Source: Acutalibacteraceae bacterium
Lineage (GTDB): Bacteria; Bacillota; Clostridia; Oscillospirales; Acutalibacteraceae
Direction: 5' to 3'
DNA: 64,000 nucleotides
Assembly (NCBI GenBank): GCA_045125175.1
Contig: JBGVNA010000056.1
Coordinates: 11,339-75,338 of the forward strand
Every line of letters begins with the position of its first letter. Position 1 is the first letter of the stretch. Shown here one piece after another: positions 1 to 9,274 of the stretch. The notes beneath the pieces were generated by a model that was given only the letters and a program-made list of their open reading frames with translations, searched no databases and was not told the DNA's origin. Position numbers and translations under genes: made by a program.

Positions 1-518
1 TAGTTGCTCTTGGGGTCATCCTTGGGAACTGTGCCCTTCTTTACGCCTATACCGAGGAAACCGCCAACAACGGAGTTAATGTCTTCCTTACCGTCTGAAA
101 GGCTGCTGATAAGGTCGTTAAGAGCATCTGTTGCGCTGCCAACATCGATGGGCTTTGTGTATGAGCAGTTTCTGTTGTAGCTGTATGAACCCTTAACAGC
201 CTTTGCTGTTTCAGCGTTAAGGAACTTAACGAAATCTGCCTTTGTCATTTCTGCGTCTGCAGCAACTGCTGAAGTTTCTGCTGCTGAGGGATCAACTGCT
301 GCTGAAGGATCAGCTGTTGAGGGGTCTTCTGCTGAAACGTCCTCTGAGGGAGCTTCTGCGCTTTCGTCAACAGGAGCATCTGTTGATTCTTCAACGGGAG
401 CATCTGTGATTTCTTCTGCTGCTGTGGTAGTTGTTGTTTCGTCTTCTGTGTTTCCGCCGCAAGCTGCAAATGCAAAGAGCATTGAGAGTGCAAGGAGAAT
501 TGCGAGAAGTTTTTTCAT
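1..518 (-). CDS. Putative lipoprotein, 3' end outside window
   Basis: Read manually: ATG at 518 with GGAGG RBS; MKKLLAILLALSMLFAFAAC lipobox, then an acidic Thr/Ala/Pro-rich linker with TDAPV and DPSA repeats; frame stays open to the window edge. Confidence 0.8.
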   Translation of the reverse strand, partial: MKKLLAILLALSMLFAFAACGGNTEDETTTTTAAEEITDAPVEESTDAPVDESAEAPSEDVSAEDPSTADPSAAVDPSAAETSAVAADAEMTKADFVKFLNAETAKAVKGSYSYNRNCSYTKPIDVGSATDALNDLISSLSDGKEDINSVVGGFLGIGVKKGTVPKDDPKSN

Positions 519-745
519 GGTTTTTCCTCCTGAAAAATATGTTTTGTTTTTTGTGCGCAAAGCGCACATTTCTTATTATAAAAATAACTCATAACTGCGG
601 TTTTGTCAAGTATGAAACATAAAAACAGGCTGATAAAAATTCAGATTGTTTTTATAAATATTTACATATTCTTAATATTTATTGATGACAGAATTAATAT
701 TTTATGATATAATACTTTTAATTATAAAATGGAGGATTATGCGGT

Positions 746-1510
746 ATGGCAGTCAAGAGGTTTATCTCCTGGAATGTTAACGGAATAAGAGCCTGCCTTC
801 AGAAGGATTTTTATGAAAGCTTCAATGCTCTTGATGCGGATATTTTCTGCCTGCAGGAAACGAAGATGCAGGAGGGTCAGGCGGAGCTTACTCTTGAGGG
901 ATATCATCAATTCTGGAATTATGCCGAGAAAAAGGGATATTCGGGCACTGCCGTTTTTTCAAGAGAAGAGCCGCTTTCGGTTGCATACGGCATAGGTATC
1001 CCCGAGCATGACACCGAGGGCAGAGTAATAACCCTTGAATTTGAAAATTATTATTTCATAACCGTTTATGTGCCCAACGCCCGTGACGGGCTTGTGCGCC
1101 TTGATTACCGCATGGAGTGGGAGGACGCTTTCAGAAATTATGTTTGCGGGCTTGATGAGAAAAAGCCCGTTATCTTCTGCGGCGACCTCAACGTTGCCCA
1201 TAAGGAAATCGACCTCAAAAACCCGAAAACAAACCGCAGAAATCCCGGCTTCACCGATGAGGAAAGAGGAAAATTCAGCGAAATGCTGGCAAGCGGTTTT
1301 GTTGATTCGTTCAGATATTTTTATCCCGACCTTGAGGGAATTTACAGCTGGTGGTCATACCGTTTTTCCGCAAGGGCAAAGAATGCGGGATGGAGAATAG
1401 ATTATTTTGTGGTTTCCGAAAAATTAAAGGATAATATGAAGGATGCAAAAATCCACAACGAGATTTTCGGCTCGGACCACTGCCCTGTTGAGCTTGAAAT
1501 TGATGTTTAA
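746..1510 (+). CDS. xth: Exodeoxyribonuclease III / AP endonuclease
   Basis: SWNVNGIRA, LQETK, GDLNVAH, GWRIDY and SDHCPV motifs. Confidence 0.95.
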   Translation: MAVKRFISWNVNGIRACLQKDFYESFNALDADIFCLQETKMQEGQAELTLEGYHQFWNYAEKKGYSGTAVFSREEPLSVAYGIGIPEHDTEGRVITLEFENYYFITVYVPNARDGLVRLDYRMEWEDAFRNYVCGLDEKKPVIFCGDLNVAHKEIDLKNPKTNRRNPGFTDEERGKFSEMLASGFVDSFRYFYPDLEGIYSWWSYRFSARAKNAGWRIDYFVVSEKLKDNMKDAKIHNEIFGSDHCPVELEIDV

Positions 1511-1536
1511 TAAATTGCAAGCGAAAAATGAAAAGC

Positions 1537-1634
1537 AATTCGGAATGCGAAATTCGGAATTCGGAATGAAGGGTGGGCGTTGCCCACACCCATAATATGA
1601 TTGGGTATGGGCCAAGCTCATCCGAAACTTTTCA
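1537..1634 (+). repeat. Composite repeat copy 1: AATTCGG-type heptamers + GGGTGGGCnnnGCCCAC palindrome + TCCGAAACTTTTCA
   Basis: 1537-1595 matches the reverse complement of 2997-3055 at 53/59 nt; 1621-1634 is the exact reverse complement of 2976-2989. Confidence 0.9.
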
Positions 1635-1681
1635 CTTTTCATTATTCACTGTTCATTTTAATACGGGAGGAATAAGTAAAA

Positions 1682-2974
1682 ATGAATTCAAAAGTATTAA
1701 AAATTCTCACAATCGTTATGGCTGTTGTTATGGTTGCTTCGGGCGTTGTGTTCTTTGTTTCAATGAAAGACAGCGAATCACCTGCCGCTAAAGACCCCGA
1801 GCCTGTAGTTTATTCCTACGAGCAGAGTGCTTACACAACAAGTGCCGCTCTTTCGGTTAAGGGAGCAAACGGCGAGGTTTATCTTCCCACCGATTTTGAA
1901 AACATCTATTACGCTGCTTCGCTTGACGGCAGCGTTAAATTCTATGAATATTCGGGCGGTCAGATGGCTGCAAGCACCCTTACAGTAAAGCAGGTTAAAG
2001 CAAATTTAAAGGCAAGCTATGAAACTATCCCCGTAACGGTAAATTATATTGAAAAAGACGGCAAAGTATGCGGCTACGGCGTTTTCACCTCTGATATGAG
2101 CGCGGATGTTGACGTTTACGCTTATGTTTTCGTAAAGCTTACAATGAAGCCCGCGGGCTACGGCAGCGGATATCTTCTTCTTGCTGATTTTGATAAAAAC
2201 AACTTCTATCAGGCAGAAAAGCTCTATTCCGAAATCTATAATTTTGACATTTCAAGCGGCAAGACCTCAACCTATGTTTCAAACCACACAAGAATGATTG
2301 ATAAAAACGGCACTTTCCGCCAGGACTGGACTCTCCTCACCGATGATTTCATCAAAAATCTCGGCGATGCAAAATATTTCCTTTCATCAAGATATTATAA
2401 TGAGGATGAAAAGGGCAGCAGAGCGGATATCATGGTGCTTTCAAGCGCATACAGACCTAAGATTGCGGTTGAGGATATCCTCGGCATCTGGTTTGTCAAC
2501 GATGCCAACGGAATGCACTATCTCAAGAAGAATGACAAGGGCTTTGCAAACATGCTCAGAACTGGCGACACCGAAAAGGTGCTTACTCAGTTTGAGGGCG
2601 ATTGGCAGGCAGATTATATGCAGTGCGGCAAGTATCTCATAAACAGAAAGAGCCTTGTGATGATTGACCTGCTCACAGGCGCATCAAAGACTCTTAAGGA
2701 TATCAATATTGAATCGGCGGATATTTTCTCCGTCAGCCCCGACGGCACAAAGGCTGTTTTTGCTTCATACGGCGAGGCAAATGCAAACGGAACTCCCGTC
2801 CAGAGCGTTGTTTATTGCACGGTTGACGGCTCCGTTGCTCCCACATCCTATGCAGAGCCTATGCTCTTCAGCGAGAGCGCAGGCTTCGTCTGGCTTGATA
2901 ATTCAAGCGTTATGAGTGTCCGCGCCCTCAGCGCAGACGGCAAAACTGCAGGAAGCGTTGTTTATAAGTTTTGA
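1682..2974 (+). CDS. Hypothetical membrane-anchored/secreted protein, possibly beta-propeller-like C-terminus
   Basis: 430-aa ORF with GGAGG RBS, N-terminal hydrophobic helix, TolB/WD-like FSVSPDGTKAVF segment. Confidence 0.7.
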   Translation: MNSKVLKILTIVMAVVMVASGVVFFVSMKDSESPAAKDPEPVVYSYEQSAYTTSAALSVKGANGEVYLPTDFENIYYAASLDGSVKFYEYSGGQMAASTLTVKQVKANLKASYETIPVTVNYIEKDGKVCGYGVFTSDMSADVDVYAYVFVKLTMKPAGYGSGYLLLADFDKNNFYQAEKLYSEIYNFDISSGKTSTYVSNHTRMIDKNGTFRQDWTLLTDDFIKNLGDAKYFLSSRYYNEDEKGSRADIMVLSSAYRPKIAVEDILGIWFVNDANGMHYLKKNDKGFANMLRTGDTEKVLTQFEGDWQADYMQCGKYLINRKSLVMIDLLTGASKTLKDINIESADIFSVSPDGTKAVFASYGEANANGTPVQSVVYCTVDGSVAPTSYAEPMLFSESAGFVWLDNSSVMSVRALSADGKTAGSVVYKF

Positions 2975-2975
2975 A

Positions 2976-3055
2976 TGAAAAGTTTCGGAAGGGGTTTTAT
3001 GGGTGTGGGCTTTGCCCACCCTCTATTCCGAATTCCGAATTTCGCATTCCAAATT
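2976..3055 (-). repeat. Composite repeat copy 2 (inverted relative to copy 1)
   Basis: Reverse complement of the 1537-1634 element with a shorter internal spacer; fills the gap between two convergent stop codons. Confidence 0.9.
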
Positions 3056-3551
3056 ATATATTCTCTTTTCTGAAATCAATCACAAGCTCTTCTCTTGCGG
3101 TGGTGAGCTGAGTGTATTTAACACCTGCGCTGTCAAACATTCTTTTTGATGCTCTTACGCCGGGTGTATCCGCATATTTATCCGAGATATAAACAACCTC
3201 TTTTATTCCGCACTGGATGATTGCTTTTGCGCATTCGTTGCAGGGGAAAAGAGCAACATAAATTTTGCTGCCCTCAAGGTTTGAGCCGCCGCTGTTGAGA
3301 ATGGCGTTAAGCTCGGCGTGGCAGACATAGGGATACTTTGTGTTGAATTCGTCGCCCGTGCGCTCCCAGGGGAATTCATCGTCGCTGCAGCCCTGCGGGA
3401 AGCCGTTGTAGCCTACGGACATGATTTTGTTGCGGTTGTTGACTATGCAGGCGCCAACCTGCGTGTTGGGGTCCTTGCTGCGGCGGGAGGAAAGCAGGGC
3501 GATACCCATGAAGTATTCGTCCCATGAAATATAATCTTCTCTTTTCGGCAT
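3054..3551 (-). CDS. dCMP deaminase family protein
   Basis: SKDPNTQVGAC, HAELNAI and PCNECAK zinc-deaminase motifs; ATG at 3551 with AAAGGAG RBS. Confidence 0.9.
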   Translation of the reverse strand: MPKREDYISWDEYFMGIALLSSRRSKDPNTQVGACIVNNRNKIMSVGYNGFPQGCSDDEFPWERTGDEFNTKYPYVCHAELNAILNSGGSNLEGSKIYVALFPCNECAKAIIQCGIKEVVYISDKYADTPGVRASKRMFDSAGVKYTQLTTAREELVIDFRKENI

Positions 3552-3646
3552 AACGGACACTCCTTTTTAAAATCTAACTGAATTCTATCATAAATATTCA
3601 GATATTACAATATCAAAAAATAAATTACCTTCGAGGTGGTACAAAA

Positions 3647-6397
3647 ATGGGTCTTTTAACCAAAATTTTCGGCGATTATTCCAAAAAAGAAGTTAAGCGA
3701 GTCCGTCCCCTTTGCGACAAGGTTCTCGGACTTGAAGAGGAATATGCAAAGCTGACCGATGAACAGCTTCAGGCAAAAACGCCCGAGTTCAGAGAGCGAC
3801 TTGCAAACGGCGAAACGCTGGACGATATTCTCCCCGAGGCGTTTGCCGCCTGCCGTGAGGCATCGTGGCGTGTGCTCGGTCTTAAGCATTTCCCCGTTCA
3901 GATTATCGGCGGTATTATTCTGCATCAGGGCAGAATTGCCGAAATGAGAACAGGTGAAGGTAAAACTCTTGTTGCAACTCTCCCTGCTTATCTTAACGCT
4001 CTTTCGGGCGACGGCGTTCATATCGTTACCGTTAACGATTATCTTGCCCGCCGTGACAGCGAGTGGATGGGCAAGGTTTACCGTTTCATGGGTCTTACCG
4101 TCGGTCTTATTATCCACGAAAAAGAAAATCCCGAGAGAAAAGAGGCCTATGCCGCAGATATCACCTACGGCACGAATAACGAAATGGGCTTCGACTATCT
4201 TCGTGACAACATGGTGGTTTATAAGGAACATAAGGTGCAGAGAGGCCATAATTTTGCCATCGTTGACGAGGTTGACTCAATTCTTATCGACGAGGCAAGA
4301 ACCCCCCTTATCATTTCGGGCAGAGGCGAAAAGTCAACCGACCTTTACAAAATGGCAAACCGCTTTGCAACCTCGCTTAAGTGCGTGAAAATCAAAGAGG
4401 TAAATTCCAAGGAAAATATTGAGGACCTTGTTGATGACGAATGCGATTATGTTGTTGACGAAAAGGCAAAAACCGCAACTCTCACAAAGAGCGGCGTTGC
4501 CAAGGCAGAGGCTTTCTTTAATGTTGAAAACCTCATGGATGCCGAAAACATGACCATTCAGCACCATATCAATCAGGCGATCAAGGCAAACGGCGTTATG
4601 CGCCGTGACGTTGACTATGTTGTTAAGGATAATCAGGTTCTTATCGTTGACGAATTCACGGGCCGTATCATGATGGGCAGACGTTATAACGAGGGTCTGC
4701 ATCAGGCAATCGAAGCCAAGGAAAACGTTAACGTTGAGCATGAAAGCAAAACCCTTGCAACCATCACTTTCCAGAACTATTTCCGTCTTTACAAAAAGCT
4801 TTCGGGCATGACGGGTACTGCAATGACCGAGGAAACCGAATTCAATCAGATTTATAACCTCGATGTTATTGAAATCCCCACCAACAAGCCCATGATAAGA
4901 AAAGATATGCCCGACGTTGTTTATAAAAACGAGAAGGCAAAGTATCTTGCGGTTATTCAAACAATCGAAGAGTGCCACGAAAAGGGTCAGCCCGTGCTTG
5001 TCGGTACGGTTTCGATTGAAAAATCAGAGCTTCTCAGCGCACTTCTGAAGAGAAGAGGCATAAAGCATGAGGTGCTCAACGCAAAGCACCACGAAAAGGA
5101 AGCGGAAATCGTTGCGCAGGCAGGCAAGCCCTATGCCGTAACAATCGCAACCAACATGGCAGGCAGAGGTACCGATATCAAGCTTGGCGGTAACTCCGAA
5201 TACCTTGCAAAATCTGAGCTTCGCAAAAAGGGCTATACCGAGGAGCTTATTGCTGAGGCAACGGGCTTTGCGGAAACCGATAATGAAGAAATTCTCAACG
5301 CAAGAGCCGAATATGCCGCTCTTGAAAAGAAATATGATGAGCAGATTGCTCCCGAGGCGGAAAAAGTTCGCGATGCGGGCGGTTTGTTTATCATCGGCAC
5401 GGAGCGCCATGAATCAAGGCGTATCGATAACCAGCTCCGAGGCCGTGCAGGCCGTCAGGGCGACCCCGGTGCGAGCCGCTTCTTCCTTTCGCTTGATGAT
5501 GACCTTATGCGTCTTTTCGGCGGCGAAAGGCTCACCAATGTTATGAACACCCTCAAAACTCCCGATGACATGCCCATCGAAGCCAAGATGATAACAAACT
5601 CCATCGAGAGCGCACAGAAGAAGATTGAGGGCAGAAACTTTGCTATCAGAAAGAGCGTTCTTCAGTATGACGACGTTATGAACCGTCAGAGAGAGCTTAT
5701 CTATACTCAGCGCAATCAGGTGCTTGACGGCGAGGAGCTTAAGCCTGTTATCACAAAGATGATAAAGGATTGCATTGACGATGCTGTAGATTTCTTCTGC
5801 TCCGACAGTGTTTCAAAGAAGGATTGGAACATTGAGGGTCTTAAGAATAAATTCAAGGGCTGGCTTACCGAAGACGGCGACTTTGAGGACGGCTTTGATA
5901 AAGAAGATGCAAGAGAATTGCTTCACGAAAGAGCAAATTCAAGATATACCGAGCGTGAAGAGCTTTTCGGTGTCGGCGAAAACGGCGAGCCCGTTATGCG
6001 TGAGCTTGAAAAGATGGTTCTTCTGCGCAATGTTGACAGGCAGTGGATGGACCATATCGATGCCATGGATCAGCTTCGCAGAGGTATCGGCTTAAGAGCA
6101 TATGCTCAGACCGACCCCGTTGTTGCTTACAGAAACGAAGGCTCCGAAATGTTTGACGGCATGATTGAGGCTATCCGTGAGGATACAGCAAGGCAGATTC
6201 TGACCGTTATCATCAAGAGCCAGGAAGAAACAAAGCGTGAGCAGACGGCGAAAATAACCGCAACCAGCGGTGCATCCGACGGCAGCGACAAAAAGCAGCC
6301 TGTAAGGAAAAAAGAAAAGGTTAAGCCCAACGATCCCTGTCCCTGCGGCAGCGGCAAAAAATACAAGAACTGCTGCGGCGACGTAAGAAAGCAATAA
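3647..6397 (+). CDS. secA: Preprotein translocase ATPase SecA
   Basis: [37 protein letters not shown]-terminal SEC-C motif [13 protein letters not shown]. Confidence 0.98.
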   Translation: MGLLTKIFGDYSKKEVKRVRPLCDKVLGLEEEYAKLTDEQLQAKTPEFRERLANGETLDDILPEAFAACREASWRVLGLKHFPVQIIGGIILHQGRIAEMRTGEGKTLVATLPAYLNALSGDGVHIVTVNDYLARRDSEWMGKVYRFMGLTVGLIIHEKENPERKEAYAADITYGTNNEMGFDYLRDNMVVYKEHKVQRGHNFAIVDEVDSILIDEARTPLIISGRGEKSTDLYKMANRFATSLKCVKIKEVNSKENIEDLVDDECDYVVDEKAKTATLTKSGVAKAEAFFNVENLMDAENMTIQHHINQAIKANGVMRRDVDYVVKDNQVLIVDEFTGRIMMGRRYNEGLHQAIEAKENVNVEHESKTLATITFQNYFRLYKKLSGMTGTAMTEETEFNQIYNLDVIEIPTNKPMIRKDMPDVVYKNEKAKYLAVIQTIEECHEKGQPVLVGTVSIEKSELLSALLKRRGIKHEVLNAKHHEKEAEIVAQAGKPYAVTIATNMAGRGTDIKLGGNSEYLAKSELRKKGYTEELIAEATGFAETDNEEILNARAEYAALEKKYDEQIAPEAEKVRDAGGLFIIGTERHESRRIDNQLRGRAGRQGDPGASRFFLSLDDDLMRLFGGERLTNVMNTLKTPDDMPIEAKMITNSIESAQKKIEGRNFAIRKSVLQYDDVMNRQRELIYTQRNQVLDGEELKPVITKMIKDCIDDAVDFFCSDSVSKKDWNIEGLKNKFKGWLTEDGDFEDGFDKEDARELLHERANSRYTEREELFGVGENGEPVMRELEKMVLLRNVDRQWMDHIDAMDQLRRGIGLRAYAQTDPVVAYRNEGSEMFDGMIEAIREDTARQILTVIIKSQEETKREQTAKITATSGASDGSDKKQPVRKKEKVKPNDPCPCGSGKKYKNCCGDVRKQ

Positions 6398-6404
6398 AAA
6401 TGAC

Positions 6405-6436
6405 AAAGCCTGCGAAACCGAAAATTCGCAGGCTTT
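6405..6436 (+). terminator. Hairpin terminator of secA
   Basis: AAAGCCTGCGAA / TTCGCAGGCTTT inverted repeat just after the stop codon. Confidence 0.7.
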
Positions 6437-6469
6437 AATATTTACCAAAAAAATTTTTCTGAAAAACTG

Positions 6470-6498
6470 TTGACAAACTAAGCTTGTCATGGTATTAT
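6470..6498 (+). promoter_or_regulatory. Sigma-A type promoter with no downstream ORF
   Basis: TTGACA (6470-6475), 17 nt, TATTAT (6493-6498) with a TG extension; AT-rich upstream. Confidence 0.75.
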
Positions 6499-6504
6499 AT
6501 GCGT

Positions 6505-6618
6505 GTAGTTAGTTATAACTAACTCCGATACATAATCTTCTTTCTCCTGAAGAAGTCAATTCCTCATAACATTTTTCACAAAGAAACGCCGCCTCATAAG
6601 AGACGGCGTTCTTTGTTT
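6505..6618 (+). ncRNA. Candidate small regulatory RNA
   Basis: Lies between the consensus promoter and a strong terminator; no ORF; 5' 18-bp palindrome; CU-rich TTTCTCCT and TTCCTC tracts. Confidence 0.5.
6578..6618. terminator. Bidirectional intrinsic terminator
   Basis: ACAAAGAAACGCCG / CGGCGTTCTTTGT stem with T-rich tracts on both strands. Confidence 0.75.
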
Positions 6619-8005
6619 ATTTTTCGCTCACGGCGCTGAGCACTTCCTGCTTGAATTCGCCGTGAATTTTATATTTCTTTGAGAAAATGATATATGAAAC
6701 AATCATCATAACGGGCGGCACGATAAACATAAGGAACGAAATTGCGTTCTTTGCCTGTGCGGTCTGAACGGCAGCTTCGCCGTCATAGCCGGTAAAGGTG
6801 AAGGTTGCATACATGATAATTGCCTGCACGGTGTAAGCCATTTTCTGCAAAAAGCCTTTCATCGAGAAAGTGAGGCTTTGGTTGCGCTTGCCTGTTTTGT
6901 ATTCGCCGTAGTCAACGCAGTCTGCGAGCATAACCGTCTGGTTAACAAACATGCTGCCCGTGCCGAGCGATGTGAGAATATAGAACGCTCCGAGAGCGGG
7001 AACACTAACGTTTTCGCCGAAGATATAGCCCATGGCAGCCATGCCGATGTAGCCTGCGGCAGCCATGCCGAGCGAGAGCCTGTAAATCGAGCGGTTGTTC
7101 ATGAACTTTGAGCATACGGGAACAACGAGAATGGAGAGAACCGAGCCGACGGTGCCCATCAGATTGAATTTTGACTGCAATGTGAGGTCACCGAGAACAG
7201 ATGTGAAATAATAGCTGCTGATGCCCGAGGTCATGTAGAAGCCTGCGTTTGAAATCATGGCAAAGAGCATGAAAACGAGAAGCTGGTCATTGCTTTTAAT
7301 AACATTTATCGCTGATTTGAACGAGAATTTTTCGTTGTTGACAACAATACGTCTTTCTTTTGTTGAAAGAACGCTGATTGATGCAAAGAAAACAAGACCT
7401 ACAGACATAATTATTGACCATTTGCCGAAGCCTGCACTTAATGTGTCGGAGGTCATTGCGTCAAGCTTGCTGCCCGCAACTCCGCCGAAACAGGCAACTG
7501 CCATGGGCGTGAAAATCGAGATAATTCCCTGACCGAGACCCGAAAAGGCTCTTGCGATTGTTGAAACGAGGTTTCTGTCCTTCTCTTCGCTCGCAAAAGA
7601 GGGAACCATTGACCAGAAAGGAATATCTGCGAGGGTGTTGGTCATGCCCCAGAATACATAGAGCACTGCGGCGTAGATATAAAGACCCGTTGAGCCTGCG
7701 CTGAAACCGGGATTGTTGAAAAGCAGGCCAAGAACAATTGCGTTAAGCAATGCGCCCATTAAAATCCAGGGGCGGTATTTGCCCATTTTTGTTTTTGTTT
7801 TGTCAACAATCATGCCCATCATCGGGTCGTTGATGCCGTCCCATATTCTTGCAAGCGGAGTGATGATGAGGAGAAATGCGGGGCTGATGCCGAGGGCATT
7901 CGTCAGATAAATTGAAAGGTAGGAATAGAACATTCCGTAGCTCAGGTCAAGGCCGACTGCGCCGACACCGTAGCCAAGCTTTTCTTTGAGTGAAACTTTG
8001 TTCAT
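6617..8005 (-). CDS. GPH-family (MelB-like) glycoside:cation symporter, MFS
   Basis: ARIWDGINDPMMG, GKYRPW, DIPFWSM and DCVDYGE motifs; many hydrophobic segments; ATG at 8005 follows the RBS. Confidence 0.9.
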   Translation of the reverse strand: MNKVSLKEKLGYGVGAVGLDLSYGMFYSYLSIYLTNALGISPAFLLIITPLARIWDGINDPMMGMIVDKTKTKMGKYRPWILMGALLNAIVLGLLFNNPGFSAGSTGLYIYAAVLYVFWGMTNTLADIPFWSMVPSFASEEKDRNLVSTIARAFSGLGQGIISIFTPMAVACFGGVAGSKLDAMTSDTLSAGFGKWSIIMSVGLVFFASISVLSTKERRIVVNNEKFSFKSAINVIKSNDQLLVFMLFAMISNAGFYMTSGISSYYFTSVLGDLTLQSKFNLMGTVGSVLSILVVPVCSKFMNNRSIYRLSLGMAAAGYIGMAAMGYIFGENVSVPALGAFYILTSLGTGSMFVNQTVMLADCVDYGEYKTGKRNQSLTFSMKGFLQKMAYTVQAIIMYATFTFTGYDGEAAVQTAQAKNAISFLMFIVPPVMMIVSYIIFSKKYKIHGEFKQEVLSAVSEK

Positions 8006-8098
8006 TGGTATCACTTCCTTGAATAATATGAAAACATTGTATCATATTAAAGAAAATATGGCAATAAAAAATCGCCCCGATTTCTCGGAGCGAAAATT

Positions 8099-8818
8099 TT
8101 AAATATCTATGTGGCTGATTGTTTCTAAAGAGAAGCTCATGGTTACATCCATATCATAAATGCTTACCGTAAGATTGTCTGCATCTGCACTGCAGGTTGT
8201 GTCCCAATCGCCGTAGATGATTTTGCCGCTTCTGTCATCTATTACACATGAGATAACGCAGTCGGTATATGTGAATTCCATATCGCCGTCGGTTATGGTT
8301 ATTCCCGTGGAATCAAAGATACTGCCTGTATCGGTTGAATATCCGAAAGCGTTTGTAACGGGATTGTTGCTGTTGCTGTCGGTTAAATCATGCGAGTAGT
8401 CTTTGACTTTAATAATGACGGTTGTTTTGCCGTCTTCCGCAGACATTTTTGCGCTCTTAACATCCGCTGCAGTAAGAATGCCTTCGCCCGGAACGGAAAA
8501 TACCGAAGCTGAAGTTGACTCCAAACCCTGTATATAACCCTGCACAAAGCTTGCCATATCCATGTCAGGATCTTCAAAAGCAAATTCTGAGATGTCATAG
8601 CTTGATGTGCCGAGAACAAAGCCTGTCTTTTTAACCGCCGAATTGTAATATTCAAGCACCTCATCAACGTCGCTTATAACATTGCTGCCGAGAGAAACTT
8701 CAACACGGTCAGGGTTATAGGGAATGACAACAACGCCGAAAATGCCGCCGATGCTGTTGAGCAAAATTGCAAATGCGGTTATTAAAGGAACAAGCTCCTG
8801 AAGAATGAGATTTGCCAT
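8099..8818 (-). CDS. Hypothetical exported protein, paralog of the 43556-44443 lipoprotein
   Basis: ATG at 8818 with GGAGG RBS; N-terminal hydrophobic segment; LTAADVKSA and FTYTDCVI motifs shared with the paralog. Confidence 0.7.
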   Translation of the reverse strand: MANLILQELVPLITAFAILLNSIGGIFGVVVIPYNPDRVEVSLGSNVISDVDEVLEYYNSAVKKTGFVLGTSSYDISEFAFEDPDMDMASFVQGYIQGLESTSASVFSVPGEGILTAADVKSAKMSAEDGKTTVIIKVKDYSHDLTDSNSNNPVTNAFGYSTDTGSIFDSTGITITDGDMEFTYTDCVISCVIDDRSGKIIYGDWDTTCSADADNLTVSIYDMDVTMSFSLETISHIDI

Positions 8819-8853
8819 AATATTACCTCCTTTATGATTTAAATATATCATAG

Positions 8854-8974
8854 GATAAGAATTTTTGTCAATAATATTTTGTAACACCAAAATCTTTAAT
8901 CAATTCTTATCTTTAACACAATTATAAGCAATAAATATGCTAAAGTCAAGAAAAATTCTTATTTTTAGCATATT
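8854..8974. promoter_or_regulatory. Divergent promoter region with inverted-repeat operator candidates
   Basis: GATAAGAATT (8854) / AATTCTTATC (8902); AATATGCTAAA (8934) / TTTAGCATATT (8964); TTGACA-17-TATATT on the minus strand. Confidence 0.5.
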
Positions 8975-8984
8975 GAGGTGCAAA

Positions 8985-9227
8985 ATGAAGATATATGATT
9001 ATAACGGAAAGAAGAATATATGCGGAGAGCGGGTGCATGAAGCCCGATGCAAAAACAGAATGTCACAGGCTGATTTGGCGGCACGTCTGCAAATCAAGGG
9101 AATAACCATTGAGCGTGACAGCGTTTCCCGAATTGAAATCGGAACAAGATTTGTTGCCGATTATGAGCTTATGGTGCTTTCTGAAATTCTCGGCGTTTCG
9201 GTTGATTGGCTGTTAGGAAAGGAATAA
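8985..9227 (+). CDS. XRE-family helix-turn-helix transcriptional regulator
   Basis: MSQADLAARL...VSRIEIGTR...LGVSVDWLLG; GAGGTG RBS before ATG at 8985. Confidence 0.9.
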   Translation: MKIYDYNGKKNICGERVHEARCKNRMSQADLAARLQIKGITIERDSVSRIEIGTRFVADYELMVLSEILGVSVDWLLGKE

Positions 9228-9236
9228 TAAATATCA

Positions 9237-9267
9237 AAAACCCCGTTCCAAATCGGAACGGGGTTTT
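9237..9267. terminator. Bidirectional terminator between the XRE gene and pnp
   Basis: AAAACCCCGTTCC / GGAACGGGGTTTT. Confidence 0.8.
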
Positions 9268-9274
9268 ATTAATA

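Noticed and set aside
245-493. 82-aa Gln-rich ORF in the ORF track
   Set aside because: Alternative frame of the real lipoprotein gene starting at 518, which has an RBS and lipobox
1537-1660. Heptamer repeats as a possible CRISPR array
   Set aside because: Units are 7 nt and contiguous with no unique spacers, and there are no cas genes
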